A stretch of 64,000 nt of DNA from Blastocystis sp. Blastoise (lineage: Eukaryota; Protista; Bigyra: Opalinata): NCBI GenBank assembly GCA_039096225.1, contig JBBPEB010000009.1:620001-684000 (forward strand), in the 5' to 3' direction. Within the stretch, counting starts at the first letter, position 1. Every line of letters starts with the position of its first letter. The position numbers and the translations under genes were made by a program. Below the pieces are notes generated by a model. It did no database searches. It was not told the origin of the DNA and saw nothing but the letters and a program-made list of their open reading frames with translations. Positions 59,511 through 64,000 of this stretch are shown one piece after another.

Positions 59511-60733
59511 AATAAAAGACAATAATAATATAAATGTAATATATATACAGTTAATATCAAAAGAAGATGAATAATGAGTTTCATTACTAGTTATATCTTG
59601 AGATGAAGGATTGATTATATTTCGAGGAGACGTATTTTGATTTTGTGTAGAAGAGAAAGAAATTGGTGGTGGATAATAGGAAGGTATATTATTATTATTC
59701 ATAGTATTATTATTATTATTATACATATTATTATTCATATTTTGTTGATTATTAATATTAGTGTATGTATTAAAATATGGATTTGGATTTGATATATAAC
59801 AGAGATATGATTGTGATGGATACATTGGCGGGAAACATGGAGGGATAGAGAGGGAAATAGAAGGAGAAGAAGAAGGAGTATTGATTAGTATTTGTTCTTC
59901 TATAGACTGTTCTCGTTCTTGTGAATTATTCACTATTTCACTATTATTATTATTATTATTATTATTAGTTTTATCATTATTAATATCATCATTATATGAA
60001 TAATGAGATTGATGAAGTAAATTTTGAACAGAATTAAAAGAAGAAGAACGTCCTTTTTTATTTATATTTTTATTATTCTTTATAGTATCATCAGTATCAT
60101 TATATATAGTTGCATATTGTGAATCTGATTCTGATGAAGATTCAGAATGAATTATTTCCTTATTCTTATCAATTATAATATCTTCATCATCATATTTATT
60201 ATTATCTGAGATATTATTATTATTATCTGAGATATTATTATTATTATTATTATTTGCTTTATTATTATTATTATTATCAATTTTATTATATATATATTGA
60301 GAAGATATAGGATCTAAATATGAGGTAGTATAATAAGGATAAGAATTAATATTATTAGGAATAATAGTAGAAGTTATTTGATGTGTATCATTTTCTATAT
60401 GTATATTCATAGTATTTGATATAGGACTTATAGATTCCTGTTGGCGGTAATTCGATGGCGGGACAATTGGAGCAGGAGGTTGAGGAAGAGGATTTGGTAA
60501 TATCATTGATGAATTATTTATTATAGAATTCGATTGTATATAAGAATTATAAGGATAAGGAACAGTTGATATAGAGGAAGATGGTATTATATTTGTAGTT
60601 GGATAATAATTATAATAGGGTGAATATAAGATTTGCTGATGATAAGGTGAAGAGAGAGGGTATCCATAAAGAGGAACAAAAGGAGGAGACGAACTAGGCA
60701 CAGATGTATAAGAAGTATTATTATTATCTGAGA

Positions 60734-60781
<48 letters not shown>

Positions 60782-63488
60782 CATTGGTTTTATTGTGAAG
60801 AGCAGTATCAATATTTATAGTATTATTTATTTCTTCTTTTGTTGTTGTTTCATTAATATATGCACTATTATCATTATCATTATTATTATTATTTATTTCT
60901 TCTTTTGTTGTTGTTCCTATAACAGATATATTATTATTATTATTATCATTATTATTATTATTATTATTATCATTATTAATTTCAATGTTAACATGTTCAT
61001 CAATATTATTATTTATTTCATCTTTTGTTGTTGTTTCATTACTAGATATACTATTATTATTATTATCATTATTAATTTCTAAACTATTTAAATCAGCTTG
61101 AATAGTTTCTTTTACATTATTTACTATTTCTGATCTATTCTTATTGCTCTTCTTCTTTGTTTCTTTCTTATTATTATGTAATTTATTCTTATTTTTATCA
61201 ACTGAAATAGATTCTTGAGATGGTGCATATTTTTCAGATACTCCTGAATTTGGCTGATTCTTATTGTCGAGTATTAAAACACTTTCTTTTGTAGAAATAT
61301 TTGACCCAACTGTTGGTTTAGAAATTGTTGTAATATTATTTAAAGTATTAGTAGAAGTATTATCAATAACAATATCATCTTTATGAATAAATGTAGAACT
61401 AGTAACAACATCTGTAATTATTTGATTTTCTTCTAATGTATTTACTATGGGTATAATATTCTTAGGTGGAGTGACAGGAGAAGAAGGAGTAGAAGGAATA
61501 GTATTAATATTAACAGTAGAAGGAATAGTATTGGAAGTAGAAGGAGTAGTAATAGCACTAGTACTAGTATTAGTATTAACAGTAGAAGGAGTAACATTAA
61601 TTGTAGAAGGAGTAGTAGATGGACTAGTAATAGGAGCAGTAGATGGACTAGCAATAGGAGCAACAGGAGTAGCAGCATTAGTAGCAATTATAGGATTAGA
61701 AGCATTAGAAGTAGTAGATGGACTAGTAATAGGAGCAGTAGATTCACTAGTATTAGTAGCAATTATAGGATTAGTAACAAGAGTATTAGTAGCCATAGTA
61801 GTAATTGGATTATTATTCTTATTCTTTTTATTAATAGAAGAAGGAGAAAGATTCTTTGATTCAGGACTATTAGAAATTATTTTATTTGTCACAGATGTAT
61901 TTACTGTCTTTAATACTTTACTTGATTGATTTACTGTATTATTTTTCATAATAATATCTTTATAACTAAGTGTTTTTGTTTCTTTAGGGGATGGTAATGT
62001 AACTGTAATAGAACTAGTTGATTGAGAAGGAGATTTATTGCATGATTCTGAAAGGATTGTAGAATTAGTATCCTTATTATCATTAATTTTTATTTTTTTA
62101 GCTTGTGACTTTTTTTCTTTCTTTTTGCTATTATTATTAGCTATTTTTATATTATTAGAAACAGTAGTTACATATTCATTTTCTTGTTTTTTCTCATTAT
62201 TATTCTTCTTATCTTTATTGTTAATAATAATCCATTCATTATCATCATTCACATCCCATTCATTATCATTTATTTCTATTGTTTCATCGACTTTTAATTT
62301 ATTATCAAGAGATAAAATTTTATCATTATCTATTTTGTTATTAGTAGCTACTACAGTAATATCATTTATTTTAGGAGAATTCACACTATTTTCTTTCTCT
62401 TTATTATTCTTTTCTTTCTCTTTATTATCTTTTTCTTTCTCTTTATTATCTTTTTCTTTTTCTTTATTATTCTTTTCTTTCACTTTATTATCCTTTTCTT
62501 TCACTTTATTATCCTTTTCTTTCTCTTTATTATCCTTTTCTTTTCCTTTATTATCATTTTCTTTCACTTTATTATCATTTTCTTTCACTTTATTATCATT
62601 TTCTTTCACTTTATTATTCTTCTTAGTATTCTTCTTGTTCTGATTATTCTTATTATTACCTAATTCTTGGAATTCTTTCACCCATTCATCTATAGATTTA
62701 TCTTCATAAGAAACGTCAAATTCATCATATACATTCGTTTTCTTCTTATTCTTATTCTTTTTATTACTAGTTTTAATAGTATTTTTATTAGTAGCAGTGA
62801 CATTCGTAATTTTCTTTGAAATATCTTTTGATTTCAAAGGAATAGAATTCGTTTTATTATTATTCTTCACAGTTGAAGTTATAGTATTTGTTTCTTGATT
62901 AGAATATCCTCTAAGATTATTATTATTATTAATTGGATTACCTTTCTCTATATCATAATCCTTACCTTTCATTAAATTACTATAATTATTATTATTAGTT
63001 ATATTTAATTTTCCTAATTTATAAGAGTCTGGTTGATCATGAAAGAGTGATAAAGTATTCAATTGACTTAAATCATCTATATTTTGTCTTTTTCGACTCT
63101 TTTTCTCATCATTCACATCTGTAGGATATTTCACTCTTTTTGTTGTAGTTTTATAAGTGTTTTTAAATGCTTCATGAATCTGTTGCTTCTCATATGTTTC
63201 TTCCTCATATCGTTTTATTTCTTGATCATTGATTTCTTGATCTATTTCTTTAGTTAATACATCAAAATGATCAATATCATTATGTATATAATTCATTTCT
63301 GTAGCTCCATTCTCTATAGACGTAGGAGCTTTATAAACGGACTTTCGAGGCTGATCTATAGAGGAAAATAAAGTTATTTATATAAAATTATTTAATATTA
63401 TATATATATAATATATTTAATATTATGTATATATATACTAAAACTAGATAAAACCATTTGAGGGTCATATTGTTTTAAAGGTAATGAC

Positions 63489-63573
<85 letters not shown>

Positions 63574-63785
63574 CTTCATCTTCAGTATCTTCATCCGAAC
63601 TAATAGCAAAATATTCAACATTATTATTACTATTAATATCAATAATAGTATTATCCTTAATAGGAAGAGGAGAAGAAGAAGAAGAAGTATCTTTTAATAT
63701 TAAAGGAGTCTTATTATTATCATTTATATAATTATATCCATAATTATATAAAATATCATCATTTGTTGTTATTGAATCATACTAC

Positions 63786-63832
<47 letters not shown>

Positions 63833-64000
63833 TATACATATATATATATATACTTTTCGTTCAATATCAACATTAGTAACATCATCATTATCATCATTAT
63901 CATAATGAATATAGCACGTGTCCGTTGAGGGATTTTCAACAACATGAATAATTCCACTGGATAATATATCTGAAGATTTCGATGTATTCCCGCGGTTATT
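59305..64000 (-). CDS. Large low-complexity (Asn/Lys/Thr/Pro-rich) protein of unknown function, 5' end outside the window
   Basis: A 3.8-kb exon plus flanking GT-AG exons. The last exon encodes KNPFYNDLSIRWNELLDQD..LYHQ*. Confidence 0.7.
62390..62620 (-). repeat. 21-bp coding repeat (KE[N/K]DNK[V/E])n
   Basis: About 11 heptapeptide copies in ORF 59472-63296. Confidence 0.85.

Noticed and set aside
61447-62643. + strand hydrophobic ORFs (160 aa and 201 aa) resembling membrane proteins
   Set aside because: They are antisense shadows of Thr/Pro-rich and Lys/Glu-rich repeats of the - strand gene.

Overview
This window is very AT-rich (about 20% GC by eye), intron-rich eukaryotic nuclear DNA using the standard genetic code. 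The gene content suggests a Blastocystis-lineage stramenopile gut protist (inference), based mainly on a giant PIG/galactose-binding/HormR-repeat surface protein, a DUF711 gene and AT-AC introns. I reconstructed 13 spliced protein-coding genes by hand: V-ATPase F (partial), HMG-CoA reductase, two tandem HSL-type alpha/beta hydrolases, DUF711, a ~2300-aa surface protein, TPR/Mlp1, a ~2770-aa Asn-rich repeat membrane protein, a FYVE-like/toxin-like fusion, a methyltransferase-fold protein, Raptor, TMEM209 and a partial low-complexity gene. Most short ORFs in the supplied track are microsatellite artefacts. The main signals are: (1) three minor-spliceosome (U12-type) AT-AC introns with a shared variant branch point TYCTTAAT, one of them in a prokaryote-type DUF711 gene; (2) a FYVE-like zinc finger fused to a domain resembling a bacterial polymorphic-toxin domain (Ntox11-like); (3) a soluble HMG-CoA reductase with a mitochondrial-type presequence and altered NADP-binding residues; (4) TPR carrying a GRF zinc finger and a PAM2-like motif; (5) major introns built almost entirely from self-complementary (TA)n/(ATT)n repeats; (6) a candidate palindromic promoter element AATCNNGATT and an apparent excess of GCGGG/CCCGC words. 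All gene models are manual and lack RNA support.
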